Of a stretch of 64,000 nucleotides of DNA, positions 18,964 to 29,355 are shown piece by piece. The DNA is taken from contig JAYZQJ010000133.1 in assembly GCA_036149055.1 (NCBI GenBank), positions 48,393 to 112,392 on the forward strand. The letters run 5' to 3'. Each line of letters opens with the position of its first letter. Position 1 is the first letter of the stretch. The notes under the pieces are model-generated. The model was given only the letters and a program-made list of their open reading frames with translations. It had not been told where the DNA came from and did no database searches. This stretch comes from Myxococcota bacterium (GTDB taxonomy: Bacteria; Myxococcota_A; Polyangia; Polyangiales; Sandaracinaceae). A program made the position numbers and the translations under genes.

Positions 18964-19728
18964 ATGAAGCGCGCCCTCGCGACCCTGCCCCTGGCGACCC
19001 TGAGCGGCTGCGCCGCCGGCGCCCTGTTCGCCCTGATCGCCGCCGCCCTCTCCTTCGGCCCCCTCGAGGACGCGCGTCATCCGCTCGGGCTGTTCGCGCT
19101 CGCGCCGCTGCCCGCGATCGCCGGCGCGTGGCTCGACTGGGCGCGCCTCTGGCGGCCGAGCGGTCGCACCCGCTTCTGGAGCGCCGCCCTGCTCGCGCTC
19201 ACCTTCGCGGCGTCGGTGGAGACGTTCGTGCTCTCGGGCAGCGCGCTGTGGGCGGCGGCGATCCCGCTCGGCGCCCTCGCGGTCGTGTCGACCGGCGCCG
19301 CGCTGCTGACCCGCGCCCCGGCGCTCTTCGGCCTCCGCCTGGTCCACGGCCGCGTCCGCCGCGACGAGGAGGAGCGCGTCATCCTGGAGAGCGAAGGCGG
19401 CGCCCTCAGCCTCGATCGGCGCGATCCCGAGCTCGGCGCCCAGCAGACGGTCGACGTCTCCATCGGCGCGCCCCTGGCCACGCTCGCGCGGGTCGTGCCC
19501 GAGGTCGGCGACGGCTGCCCGTTCCGCACCGAGCGGCGGGCCCGCGCCAGCGCGCTGGTCGCGGTGGCCCCCGACGTCGCCGGGCTCCGGCTCACCCTGC
19601 GGCGCCGCGCCCGCGCCTGGGCCGCTTTCCTCGTGCTGCTCGCGGTCGGCGCGACCGCGCTCACCGCGGCCGCCGCCCATCGGCCGACCGTCGACTCCCC
19701 GTCCGAGGACCGCTCCGTCGACGCGTGA
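18964..19728 (+). CDS. Hypothetical multi-pass membrane protein
   Basis: ATG at 18964; four N-terminal TM segments, soluble domain, C-terminal TM. Confidence 0.6.
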   Translation: MKRALATLPLATLSGCAAGALFALIAAALSFGPLEDARHPLGLFALAPLPAIAGAWLDWARLWRPSGRTRFWSAALLALTFAASVETFVLSGSALWAAAIPLGALAVVSTGAALLTRAPALFGLRLVHGRVRRDEEERVILESEGGALSLDRRDPELGAQQTVDVSIGAPLATLARVVPEVGDGCPFRTERRARASALVAVAPDVAGLRLTLRRRARAWAAFLVLLAVGATALTAAAAHRPTVDSPSEDRSVDA

Positions 19729-19787
19729 GCGGGCACCTGCCCGACCGGGGGATGTCCGGGCCGGCGAGCCGCTCTATAGCTGGCAGG

Positions 19788-21695
19788 ATGGAGTCGCGCC
19801 GACGCTGGATGCTGATCGCCGCGGTCGTCGCCCTGCTGGGGGCGGCGGCGTGGTGGCTCTGGCCGGCCACCGCGCGCCTCCTGGAGACCGGGGCGGAGGG
19901 CGCGACGGCGGGCTTCGAGGATCCCGACGTGCTCGGCGGCGCGGGCGGCGGGAGCGAGGCCGAGCGCGCGGCGCGCATGCGGGTGCTCGGCGACGCCGGC
20001 GCCGGCGCGCTCGACTGGACCCCGACCGCGACCGTCTCGGACGACCCGGCGAGCCCGCACGGCAGCCTGCACGGCCGGGTGCTCTCGAGCCGTGACGGCG
20101 CCCCGGTCGCCGGCGCGGAGCTCGTCTTCACCCACGAGGGCGCGTCGATCACCGCGCGCACCGACGCCGACGGCGCGTTCTCCGCCGCGGTGAGCCGACC
20201 CGGGCGCTACGAGCTCTCGATCGCGACCGCGGAGGGCTTCCTCCCCTACGCGCCCGAGTGGGGCCACAGCGCGATCGCGTTCGAGGCCCGCCCGCGCCAG
20301 CGCATCGAGGGAGTCGTCGTGCAGCTCCGCCCCGAGCGGCGGGTGGAGGTGGTCGTGGTCGACCGGGAGACCGCGCCGGTGGCGGGGGCCACGGTGCGCG
20401 TCATGGGCGCGGGGAGCGGCGAGCGCGCGATGGCGCCGGTGCAGGAGCAGTACACGACCGACGCCGAGGGCCGCGCGACGGTGGTGGTGTGGCGCTGGGC
20501 GGCGCTCGAGGCGCGGCACCCGGAGCGCGGCGTCGGGCGCGAGCGTGTGGGGCGCGGCGACGGCCCGGTGCAGATCACGCTGCGCGCCCTCACGGGCGAC
20601 GAGACCGCGTCCGAGCGGATCGCGGGCGTGGTCGTGAACGCCTCCGGGGAGCCGGTCGAGGGCGCGCTGGTGACCGCGTTCCGGCGGGCGCGGGGCATTC
20701 ACCCGTCGGCGCAGTCCGCCACCGACCAGGGCGGCGCCTTCGCGCTCGAGGGCCTCGACCGGGGCGCCCACGTCCTGCTCGCGCGACACCCCGCGCACCC
20801 CGACGCGCGGCTCGCGCCGGTCGAGTCCGGCACCGAGGACGCGCGCATCACGCTCGAGGGCGGGCTGACCGTGCGGGGCCGGGTGGTCGACGAGACGGGG
20901 CGGCCGGTCCCCGCCGCGCAGGTGAGCGTCCGCCGCGGCGCCTCCCGACTGACCCGCCGCACGGTCGGCGGGGTGGTCAGCTACGACGCCGACGGCCGGT
21001 TCGAGGTCAGCGGGCTCTCGGAGGGCGAGATCGAGCTCGTCGCCGCCTCGCGCGGCTACCCTCCGTCGGAGCCGGTCCTGGCTCGCGCGGGAGACGCCGA
21101 CGTCACGCTGACCCTCGAGCGGGGCGGGCGAATCGAGGGCGTGGTCCGGAGCGAGGACGGCGCCCCGATCGCGGGCGCGCGGGTCACGATCGAGAGCGGC
21201 GTCGGGCGCGGGAGCGCGGCCGGCAGACCGATCGCGCCCACCGTCAGCGACCAGAGCGGCGCCTTCGCGCTCGACGGGGTGGGCCGCGAGCCCCGCTCGA
21301 TCCGGGTCGGCGCGGACGGCTTCCACGGGCGCCTCGTCTCCGGCTTCACCGTCTCCCCCGGGCAGACGCGCCGCCTCGAGGTGACGCTGACCCCGGTCGC
21401 CGAGGGCGAAGAGGAGCGCACCGAGCTGGTGGGCATCGGCGTCAACGTCTGGCCCCGCGGGGACGCCCTGATCGTCGGCCGGGTGGTCGAGGGCGGGAGC
21501 GCCGAGGCGGCCGGCCTCCAGCGCGGCGACCGGATCCTCGCCGTCGACGGTGCGCCGGTCGAGGGCCTCGGCTTCCGCCCCGCGCTCGAGCGGATCCGCG
21601 GCAGCGAGGGCAGCACCGTCGTGCTCACGATCCAGCGCGCCGGGGAAGACGCGCCCGCCCAGCTCCCGATCGTGCGCCGCCGGATCCGCACCTGA
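19788..21695 (+). CDS. Carboxypeptidase-regulatory-like repeat protein with C-terminal PDZ domain
   Basis: N-terminal TM; repeated 'GRV...G.PV.GA.V...TD.DG.F'; PDZ 'GIGV...GGSAEAAGLQRGDRILAVDG'. Confidence 0.88.
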   Translation: MESRRRWMLIAAVVALLGAAAWWLWPATARLLETGAEGATAGFEDPDVLGGAGGGSEAERAARMRVLGDAGAGALDWTPTATVSDDPASPHGSLHGRVLSSRDGAPVAGAELVFTHEGASITARTDADGAFSAAVSRPGRYELSIATAEGFLPYAPEWGHSAIAFEARPRQRIEGVVVQLRPERRVEVVVVDRETAPVAGATVRVMGAGSGERAMAPVQEQYTTDAEGRATVVVWRWAALEARHPERGVGRERVGRGDGPVQITLRALTGDETASERIAGVVVNASGEPVEGALVTAFRRARGIHPSAQSATDQGGAFALEGLDRGAHVLLARHPAHPDARLAPVESGTEDARITLEGGLTVRGRVVDETGRPVPAAQVSVRRGASRLTRRTVGGVVSYDADGRFEVSGLSEGEIELVAASRGYPPSEPVLARAGDADVTLTLERGGRIEGVVRSEDGAPIAGARVTIESGVGRGSAAGRPIAPTVSDQSGAFALDGVGREPRSIRVGADGFHGRLVSGFTVSPGQTRRLEVTLTPVAEGEEERTELVGIGVNVWPRGDALIVGRVVEGGSAEAAGLQRGDRILAVDGAPVEGLGFRPALERIRGSEGSTVVLTIQRAGEDAPAQLPIVRRRIRT

Positions 21696-21699
21696 TCGG

Positions 21700-23208
21700 T
21701 CAGCGGCTCGCGAGGAGGCGCTCGATCTCGCGCAAGATCTCGTCCGGTCTCACCGGCTTGGTCAGGTGCCGATCGAAGCCCGCCTCGCGTGCGCGCCGCC
21801 GGTCCGCCTCCTGGCCGTAGCCGCTCGCCGCCACCAGCGCGATCGACGCGCCGAGCTCGCGGCGCACCGCGCTCGCCACCTCGTAGCCGCTCAGCCCCGG
21901 GAGGCCGATGTCGATCACGGCCGCGTCGGGCCGCTCCTCGAGCACCAGCGCGAGCCCGCTCGGGCCGTCGGGGGCCGACACGACGCGGTGACCGCGCCGG
22001 GTGAGCGCGAGCTCCATCATCTCGCGGGTGTCGTCGTTGTCCTCGACGAGCGCGATGCGCCGCGTCGGCGTCGGCGAGGGCGCCTCCTCGGCGTCCGCGT
22101 CCTCGCCCTGCGCCTCGGGCTCGAGCGCGGGGAGGCGCACGATGAGCTCGGAGCCCCGACCGAGGCCTTCGCTCCGCGCCTCGACCGTGCCGCCGTGGCG
22201 CTCGATGAGGCTGCGGACGAGGGTCAGCCCGACGCCCATGCCGCCCTGCGCCCGGTCGAGGCTCCCCTCCACCTGCATGAACTCGTCGAACACGCTCGAG
22301 AGCACCGAGCTGTCCATGCCCACCCCGTCGTCGGCGACCCGGACCGTGACCCAGCCACCCTCCGCCGAGGCGGTCACCCGCACGTTCCCGCCCCGCGGCG
22401 TGTACTTCACGCAGTTCGTCAGCAGGTTTCCGATCGCCTGCTCGAGCCGCGCGGCGTCGGCCCGGACCCGCAGCGCCGCCTCGCGCTCGAGCTCCAGCGT
22501 GACCCCGGCCCCCTCGAAGCGCGGACGCCACGCCTCGATCCACTGGCCGAGCGCGCGCGACAGGTCGAGCGGCGCGAGCTTCAGCTGGAGCTTGCCGGTC
22601 GTCACCCGGGCCACGTCGAGCAGGTCGTCGACCAGCCGGGTGAGCTGCCGGGTCTGACGGCGCAGGACCGCGACCGTCGGATCCGCCGCGCCCCGCTCGC
22701 CCTCGAGCTGCTCGCCCGCGAGCGCGATCGACGACAGCGGGTTCCGCAGCTCGTGGCCGAGCATGGCCAGGAACTGATCGCGGCGCCGGATCGCGCCCCG
22801 CGCCGCGTACTGCCGACGGCGCGCCCGGAGCGCCGCCTTCGTCGCCTGCACCAGCGTGCGGAGCCGGAGCGGGGTGTCGAGCAGGGTCACGTTGCCGAGC
22901 GGGTGGAGCGCCGCGCTCGAGACGCGCCGGACGTGCCGCCCGCTCGCGACGAGCACCGGCAGATCCGACCAGGGGGCCTGCGCCGACAGGAGGGCGCCGA
23001 GCCGCTCGATCGCCGGCGCGGTCAGCAGCTCCTCGCTCAGGACGAGGGCGCCGACCTCCTCCGCGAGCGCGCCGCACACGGCGTCCAGGCTCGCGCAGCC
23101 TCGGGCCTCGACGTCGTGCTCGGAGAGGGTGCGGCACGCCACCTCCGCGTCCGTCGCGCTGGCCGACCAGAAGAGGACGAGCTCCGAGCCGCGGTCAGCC
23201 GTCGTCAT
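21700..23208 (-). CDS. Hybrid histidine kinase/response regulator
   Basis: H-box 'MLGHELRNPL', N/G boxes 'NLLTNCVKYT', 'DDGVGM', 'GMGVGL'; C-terminal receiver 'VEDN...DIGLP...TKPV'. Confidence 0.95.
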   Translation of the reverse strand: MTTADRGSELVLFWSASATDAEVACRTLSEHDVEARGCASLDAVCGALAEEVGALVLSEELLTAPAIERLGALLSAQAPWSDLPVLVASGRHVRRVSSAALHPLGNVTLLDTPLRLRTLVQATKAALRARRRQYAARGAIRRRDQFLAMLGHELRNPLSSIALAGEQLEGERGAADPTVAVLRRQTRQLTRLVDDLLDVARVTTGKLQLKLAPLDLSRALGQWIEAWRPRFEGAGVTLELEREAALRVRADAARLEQAIGNLLTNCVKYTPRGGNVRVTASAEGGWVTVRVADDGVGMDSSVLSSVFDEFMQVEGSLDRAQGGMGVGLTLVRSLIERHGGTVEARSEGLGRGSELIVRLPALEPEAQGEDADAEEAPSPTPTRRIALVEDNDDTREMMELALTRRGHRVVSAPDGPSGLALVLEERPDAAVIDIGLPGLSGYEVASAVRRELGASIALVAASGYGQEADRRRAREAGFDRHLTKPVRPDEILREIERLLASR

Positions 23209-24691
23209 CGGCGCCGCCCATCAGCCCTCGCGACGCGCCGACGAAACTGGGGACACCGGACAGGACGCCCTGGAAATCGGTGAGTGGCGCACCGATCCGG
23301 ATGCCTCCGGCTCCGACCGAGAGCTCTCGAATGGCGGTCTCGTGAGCCCCGAAACGGTTCTTGAGCATGGAGACGCCGCGCCGGACGCGGCCGAGCGCCT
23401 CGAAGAAGCGGACGAGCAGCAGCGCGTCCGCCACGTAGGTCACGTCGGCCGGCGCGGTCACGTCCCCGAGGAGCCCGTGCTGGGCCATCACGAGGACCGT
23501 CACCACGCCGCGCTGCCGGAGATAGTCGAGCAGCTCGTGCACGTGCAGGGTCAGGAAGCGCTCCTCGGGCATCGCGTAGACGTAGCCGTTCACGCTGTCG
23601 ATCCCGACGAAGCCGACGCCCTCCTCCTCGACCTGCTCGCGCACCCGATGGGAGAACTCCCCCGGGGAGAGCTCCGCCGGGTTCACGTGGTGGAGGCGCA
23701 GGGCCCCCGACCCGTGCGCGTCCCGCAGCCCGGGCATGCCGAGCGCCGCCGCCCGCTCCAGGAAGGTCTGCTCGCTCTCCTCGAACAGGTAGATCGACGC
23801 CTTCTCGCCCTGGGCGACGGCGGCGCTCACCAGCTGGGCGAGGAGGCTCGACTTCCCGGTGCCGGCCGGGCCCATCAGCAGGGTGCTCGACCCGCGGGCG
23901 AGCCCGTCTCCGAGCAGGGTGTCGAGCTCGGCCACGCCGGACCCGAGGGGCGCGCCGCCGCTCACCTGCCGGTGGTCGCTGGCGACGAGGCGCGGGTACA
24001 CGCGCACCCCGCCGGTGACGATGCGGAAGTCGTGATAGCCGCCGCGATAGCGCGTGCCGCGGAGCTTCTGGACGCGCAGGCGGCGCCGGTCCGAGCCGTA
24101 CTCGGGGGTTCGGTTCTCGAGCCGGAGCACGCCGTGCACGAGGCTCTGGATGTCGAGCTCCGCGCGGGCCGCCGACGAGTCGCTCATCAACAGCCCGGTC
24201 GCTCCGAGCTTCATCAGCAGCCGCTTCAGGGCGAGCAGCTCGCGCCGGAAGACCAGCGAGGAGCCCGACATGAGCTGGAGCTCCGCGAGCGAGTCGAAGA
24301 CGACGCGCGAGGGTCGAAGGCGCTCGACCGTGTCGACGATGGACTGGCTGGTCTGCCTGAGCTCGACCTCCGCGGGGTCGAACATGGAGCGCGCCTCGCC
24401 GCCGGCCGCCTGGCCCGCCGCGTCGAGCTCGAACAGCTCCATCCCCTCGAGGCTCCAGCCGTGCGAGGCGGCCACCTGCTCGACCTCCTCGCGGGTCTCG
24501 GAGAGCGAGACGTAGAGCGCCCGCTCGCCCCGGGCGACCCCCTCGAGCAGGAACTGGAGCCCCAGCGTGGTCTTGCCCGCGCCGGGCTGGCCGAGCACCA
24601 GGTGGAGCCGCGCGGTGGGCCAGCCTCCCTGGAGGACTTCATCGAGACCGGGGACGCCGGTCGAGGCGTAGGTGGCATCGGGTCGTGACAT
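23195..24691 (-). CDS. KaiC-like double-domain (RAD55 family) ATPase
   Basis: 'STGVPGLDEVLQGG', Walker A GQPGAGKTT and GPAGTGKSS, 'VQKLRG'. Confidence 0.92.
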   Translation of the reverse strand: MSRPDATYASTGVPGLDEVLQGGWPTARLHLVLGQPGAGKTTLGLQFLLEGVARGERALYVSLSETREEVEQVAASHGWSLEGMELFELDAAGQAAGGEARSMFDPAEVELRQTSQSIVDTVERLRPSRVVFDSLAELQLMSGSSLVFRRELLALKRLLMKLGATGLLMSDSSAARAELDIQSLVHGVLRLENRTPEYGSDRRRLRVQKLRGTRYRGGYHDFRIVTGGVRVYPRLVASDHRQVSGGAPLGSGVAELDTLLGDGLARGSSTLLMGPAGTGKSSLLAQLVSAAVAQGEKASIYLFEESEQTFLERAAALGMPGLRDAHGSGALRLHHVNPAELSPGEFSHRVREQVEEEGVGFVGIDSVNGYVYAMPEERFLTLHVHELLDYLRQRGVVTVLVMAQHGLLGDVTAPADVTYVADALLLVRFFEALGRVRRGVSMLKNRFGAHETAIRELSVGAGGIRIGAPLTDFQGVLSGVPSFVGASRGLMGGADDDG

Positions 24692-24762
24692 GGGATTGGC
24701 CGTCCGGGACCTAGCCCCGCCGATGGTGGTCGCGAGGCCCCTCCGGCGGATACGCTGGCGCG

Positions 24763-26889
24763 ATGCGAAGGCTGGCTCTGGTCGCGGCGCTCCTCACGGC
24801 CTGCGGGCCTCCCGACCCGCTCCCGGACGCGGCCGTCGACGGCGGGCCGCGCCACACCCCGGCCCCGTTCACGCCGACCGACGCCACGCGCGCCTACTGC
24901 CCGGGCGACGACGACGCGATCGAGGCCCGGATCACCGCGCTGCTCGGCGCGCTCACGGTGCAGGAGAAGGTCGACCTGATGACCGGCGCCGGGCTCTCGC
25001 TGCAGGACCACGCCTGGCGCACCCACGGGGTGCCGCGCCTCGACCTGCCGGGGCTCGCGATGCTCGACGGCCCGCGTGGGCTCAGCCACTTCACCGGCCT
25101 GCGCGGCACCGCGTTCCCGGTGGCGATGGCCCGCGGCGCGACCTGGGATCCGGCGCTGGAGCGCGAGGTCGGCGCCGCCATGGCGCGCGAGCATCGGTCG
25201 GTGTCCGCCAACGTGCTGCTCGCCCCGACGATCAACCTGCTCCGGCACCCGCGCTGGGGGCGGGCGCAGGAGACCTACGGCGAGGACACCTGCCACGTGG
25301 GCGAGATGGGCGTCGCGTTCATCGAGGGCGTGCAGTCGGAGGGGGTGCTGGCGAGCGCCAAGCACTTCGCGGCCAACAGCATCGAGGACACGCGGCACAC
25401 GGTGAACGTGGAGCTCGATCCGCGCACGCTCCGCGAGGTGTACCTCCCGCACTTCCGCCGCGCGGTGCAGGACGCGCGCGTCGCCTCGGTGATGAGCGCC
25501 TACAACCAGGTGAACGGGCTCTACTGCGATCTCCAGGGGCACCTGCTCCGCGACATCCTCAAGGACGACTGGGGCTTCGCGGGCTTCATCGAGTCGGACT
25601 GGTTCCGGGGCACGCACGGCGACGTCGCGTCGGTCCGCGCCGGGCTGGACATCGAGATGCCCAACGACGCGCACTTCCGCCGGCTGCGCGGGGCGGTCGA
25701 GCGCGGGGACCTCGACGAGCGCGAGCTCGACGACAGCGTCCGCCGGATCCTCCGGGCCCAGCTCTGCTACGGCCTCGACGACACGGGCCGCGGGGTGGAC
25801 CGCCCCGAGGAGCGGGAGACCGACGCGCACCTGGCGCTCGCCCGCCGGGCCGCCGCCCGCAGCCTGGTGCTCCTGAAGAACGAGGGCGCGCTCCCCCTGG
25901 CTCCCGACGCCACCCTCTTCGTCGCCGGGCGGGTGGCCGACGTGGAGAACATCGGAGACGAGGGCTCGAGCCGGGTCACCCCGTCCGACGTGGTCACGGC
26001 GCTCGAGGGCCTGGCGGCGCGCGGCGTCGCGCTCACGCATGTCGAGGGCGCGACCCTCGCCCCGGCCGACGAGGACGCGGCGCGGGCTGCCGACGCGGTG
26101 ATCGTCTTCACCGGCATGGTCGCCGAGGACGAAGGCGAGGCCGACATCGGGGGCGGCGACCGGGAGAGCCTCGCGCTGCCCTCCGACGAGGTCGCGCTGA
26201 TCGGCGCGCTGGCCGCCCTGAACCCGAACCTCGTGGTGGTGCTCGAGGGCGGCGCGGCCTTCACCGTCGAGCCCTGGGCCGACGACGCGCGCGCCCTCCT
26301 GATGGCGTTCTACCCGGGTCAGCAGGGTGGCCACGCGATCGCCGACGTGCTCTTCGGCGACGCGCCTCCGTCGGGGCGGCTGCCCTTCTCGATGCCCGCA
26401 CGGGAGGCCGATCTGCCGCCGTTCGACAACGTCTCCGACACGGTCACCTACGGCTACCTGCACGGCTACCGCCACCTCGCGAGCGAGGGCACGCCGGCCG
26501 CCTACCCGTTCGGCTTCGGGCTGAGCTACACGACCTTCGCGATCGAGGACGCGACGCTCGCCGAGAGCGCGATCGGCCCCGACGGCGCGCTCGAGATCAC
26601 CGCCGACGTCGTCAACACCGGCGCCTCGGCCGGGCGCGACGTGATCCAGCTCTACGTCGCGGTGGAGGACAGCCGCGTCGCGCGCGCCCCGTTCGACCTG
26701 CGCGCGTTCGCCTCGGTGGAGCTCGCGCCCGGCGCGCGCGAGACCGTCACCCTCCGCGTCGACGCCCGCGACCTCGCCTTCTGGGACGAGGCCGCCGGCG
26801 CCTGGGAGGTCGAGCGCACCGGATACACCGCCCGCGTCGCCCATCACGCCGAGGACCCGGGGGTGACGCGGTCATTCCGGATCGAGTGA
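24763..26889 (+). CDS. GH3 beta-glucosidase, lipoprotein
   Basis: Lipobox LTAC; 'DGPRG', 'WGRAQETYGED', 'KHF', 'SDW', 'YPFGFGLSYTTF', Fn3-like C-terminus. Confidence 0.93.
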   Translation: MRRLALVAALLTACGPPDPLPDAAVDGGPRHTPAPFTPTDATRAYCPGDDDAIEARITALLGALTVQEKVDLMTGAGLSLQDHAWRTHGVPRLDLPGLAMLDGPRGLSHFTGLRGTAFPVAMARGATWDPALEREVGAAMAREHRSVSANVLLAPTINLLRHPRWGRAQETYGEDTCHVGEMGVAFIEGVQSEGVLASAKHFAANSIEDTRHTVNVELDPRTLREVYLPHFRRAVQDARVASVMSAYNQVNGLYCDLQGHLLRDILKDDWGFAGFIESDWFRGTHGDVASVRAGLDIEMPNDAHFRRLRGAVERGDLDERELDDSVRRILRAQLCYGLDDTGRGVDRPEERETDAHLALARRAAARSLVLLKNEGALPLAPDATLFVAGRVADVENIGDEGSSRVTPSDVVTALEGLAARGVALTHVEGATLAPADEDAARAADAVIVFTGMVAEDEGEADIGGGDRESLALPSDEVALIGALAALNPNLVVVLEGGAAFTVEPWADDARALLMAFYPGQQGGHAIADVLFGDAPPSGRLPFSMPAREADLPPFDNVSDTVTYGYLHGYRHLASEGTPAAYPFGFGLSYTTFAIEDATLAESAIGPDGALEITADVVNTGASAGRDVIQLYVAVEDSRVARAPFDLRAFASVELAPGARETVTLRVDARDLAFWDEAAGAWEVERTGYTARVAHHAEDPGVTRSFRIE

Positions 26890-27625
26890 GGGCAGGGGCC
26901 AGGTGTGGGACCGACCGGAGGGGACGTCGTCCGGGAGGAACCGGTCGCCACCGAAGAGCAGGGCCCAGCTCCCGGTGCGCAAGCGCAGCCGGATCCGGCC
27001 CGCCCTCGCGCCCCAACTCGCGGCGGCCGACGCCCGGTCGACGACCCGGTAGCCATCGACCGGGGTGAAGCCACCGTCCGGCGCCTCGCCGCGCCAGCTC
27101 TCGAAGGCGAGCGGGAGCGGATCCGTGCAGGTGGGTCCGGGCGCGCCGAGCGCGCAGACCGTGAGCGAGCGGCGCGCGTAGCCGAGCGCCTCTTCGCCCT
27201 CGAAGTCGATGAAGTCACCCGCGCTCTCCACCGCCCAGAAGGACCGCCCGCCCGACCGGAAGGCGCGGAGCCGCAGCAGCTCCACGTCGCCCGCCTCGGT
27301 CGGCCAGGCGTCGATCTGCTGGAGCCGCGCGATCACGCGGCCGCTTGGAGGACAGCAGGTACAGGCGCACGCCCAGCGAGAAGTCGATCTCGAGCGCGGC
27401 CGCCCCCTGCGGCGCCGGGCGCACGGCGCAGCGCATCGCAGCTCCGAAGCCGCGCGCCTCCACGGCCCACGGGGTGGACGCCGCGCGATCGCAGAGCTCC
27501 TGGGCGGTGCCGGACGCGCCCAGCAGCGCCGGCGTCGTGGCCCGCCCTGGGATCGTGGCGACGACCTCCTGAGCCCGCGCGGGGGCAGCCCCGAGCAACG
27601 CCAGGGCCAACACGAACCATCGCAT
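26872..27625 (-). pseudogene. Secreted hypothetical protein split by an apparent 1-nt frameshift near 27345
   Basis: Signal-peptide ORF (MRWFVLALALLGAAPARA) loses protein-like composition where the adjacent frame (SGRVIARLQQID...) gains it. Confidence 0.6.
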
Positions 27626-27646
27626 GTCACATAGACGCACGCTCGT

Positions 27647-28660
27647 TCACTCCGGAGGCGGCGCGCTGGCGCGCTCGTCGATCTGGCGGGGGTCGAGGGC
27701 CTCGCGGGCCGCGTCGGGGCCACGCCAGAGGAGCAGCAGGACGAAGCCGGCGGCGGTGAGGGCGATCTGGACGGCGTGGCTGAGCAGGGCGATGGCGATC
27801 GCGCGGGTCTCGGTGGTCTGGAGGATGTCGGCCGACATCTGGAACCCGAGCTCGCTGGCGCCGAGCTGACCCGGGATCATCACCGCGACGGCGGCGATCA
27901 CGAGGTAGACGCCGTGCACCGCGAGCGCGCCGATCACGCTGGGGCTGATCCCGACCGCGGTCGCGACGACGCCGAAGTGCGCCGCCTGGAAGAGGCGCCC
28001 GAGGATCATCGCGCCGACCGGCTTCACCGGATAGAGCGCCGTCTCCCGCGACGCGCTGTGGAACGCGGCCGCGTGGCGCGCGACGCGAGGGAAGCGCCGG
28101 CCGAGCCAGACGCCGAGGCGCTCGTAGCGGGCGGCCGCGCGGAGCGCGAGGCCGAAGACGTTCATCGAGAGGAAGTGCGCGATCAGCGCCCAGGTCAGCA
28201 CGGACCAGCCGGTCGCGAGGTAGGCCGCGCCCGCGCTGAGGAGCGTGAAGGTGCCCGAAGAGAGGAGCACGTTCGCCTGGTTGGCGGTGCCCATCGCGGC
28301 CGCGGTCGCGCCGCCGGTCCAGCGCGAGAGCAGGCTGGCCTTCACCGCCTCCGCCGTCGCGCGCCCGGCCGGCGCCACCGCCATCACCGCGTAGGCCACG
28401 AGGTGCGAGGCGAAGAGCGGCCACAGCGGGACCCCCTTGCCGCGCGACCCGAGGGTGGCGCGGGTGGAGACCCCGTCCATCGCCACGCGCAGGAGCTCGA
28501 GCGCGGTCGCGAGCGGCAGCCACGGGAGCGCGGGGACGAGCACCGCCGAGAGCTCGTCGACGCCGACCTCGAGCACGACGAGCACGACCGCGCCGAGCCC
28601 CAGCAGCGCCAGGGCCACGCGGACGCCGATCCAGAAGCGGGCGCGGTTCGTCGGGCTCAC
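27647..28660 (-). CDS. Lysylphosphatidylglycerol synthase TM-region (UPF0104 flippase-like) protein
   Basis: About 8 TM helices; 'PAGRATAEAVKA', 'IPGQLGASE' motifs. Confidence 0.8.
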   Translation of the reverse strand: MSPTNRARFWIGVRVALALLGLGAVVLVVLEVGVDELSAVLVPALPWLPLATALELLRVAMDGVSTRATLGSRGKGVPLWPLFASHLVAYAVMAVAPAGRATAEAVKASLLSRWTGGATAAAMGTANQANVLLSSGTFTLLSAGAAYLATGWSVLTWALIAHFLSMNVFGLALRAAARYERLGVWLGRRFPRVARHAAAFHSASRETALYPVKPVGAMILGRLFQAAHFGVVATAVGISPSVIGALAVHGVYLVIAAVAVMIPGQLGASELGFQMSADILQTTETRAIAIALLSHAVQIALTAAGFVLLLLWRGPDAAREALDPRQIDERASAPPPE

Positions 28661-28908
28661 GAGGGCGGCCGCAGGATGATCGATCGCAGAGATTTCGCAG
28701 CTCCTTTTCTTCGAGAGACGTGACCCCGGGGCGGCGGCTCACGAGCCCGAAACGCGCATCGACTGCGCGCGGCTCACGATCGGAGGGACGCCGACGCCGC
28801 GGATGCGCCGCGACCGGCAGGCCCTGCGCGTCGCAAGGCTTGCGTGGGGCCGCGGGCCGTGGAGCGGGCCCGGCGGGCGCGTACGTGCGCGGGGAGAGGA
28901 GACGGAAG

Positions 28909-29355
28909 ATGCTTCGCCAAACCTGGATCTCGGGCCTCGCCGCGCTCGCCCTGGTCGGGTGCGCGGCCGACGTGGAGACGACGACCGGGAGCCTCGACCG
29001 CACCGTGCCCGGGGCGCCCTTCTTCGACGCCGGCCAGGAGGTGTTCACCGTGCCGAGCCGCTCCGAGGCCACGAACGGCTCCGACCCGAACGCCTACGAA
29101 GAGTGCGCGGCGGTGCGCTGTCGCCCCGGCGACTCCTGCTGCTGGGCCGACGGCCAGTGCTACCCGGACACCTGCCTGGACTGCTGCCCGTCGGAGGACG
29201 ACCGCGCCTTCCCCGTCTTCGCCCGCATGCGCACCGACGTGATCCCGCGAGACGACCTCGCCGGCCCGCGCCCGCCCATGCCCCCCGTGCCCGAAGGCCC
29301 CACGCCTCCCGGCCCCGGCTCCCCCGACCCCGGCCCGATGCCTCCCGGCCGCTGA
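28909..29355 (+). CDS. Small Cys-rich lipoprotein with Pro-rich tail
   Basis: GGAGA RBS; lipobox LVGC; C-x4-C-x5-CC-x5-C-x4-C-x2-CC cluster. Confidence 0.7.
   Translation: MLRQTWISGLAALALVGCAADVETTTGSLDRTVPGAPFFDAGQEVFTVPSRSEATNGSDPNAYEECAAVRCRPGDSCCWADGQCYPDTCLDCCPSEDDRAFPVFARMRTDVIPRDDLAGPRPPMPPVPEGPTPPGPGSPDPGPMPPGR

Noticed and set aside
23195..24691. Circadian clock
   Set aside because: No kaiA or kaiB, no canonical ST site, and kinase-linked context.
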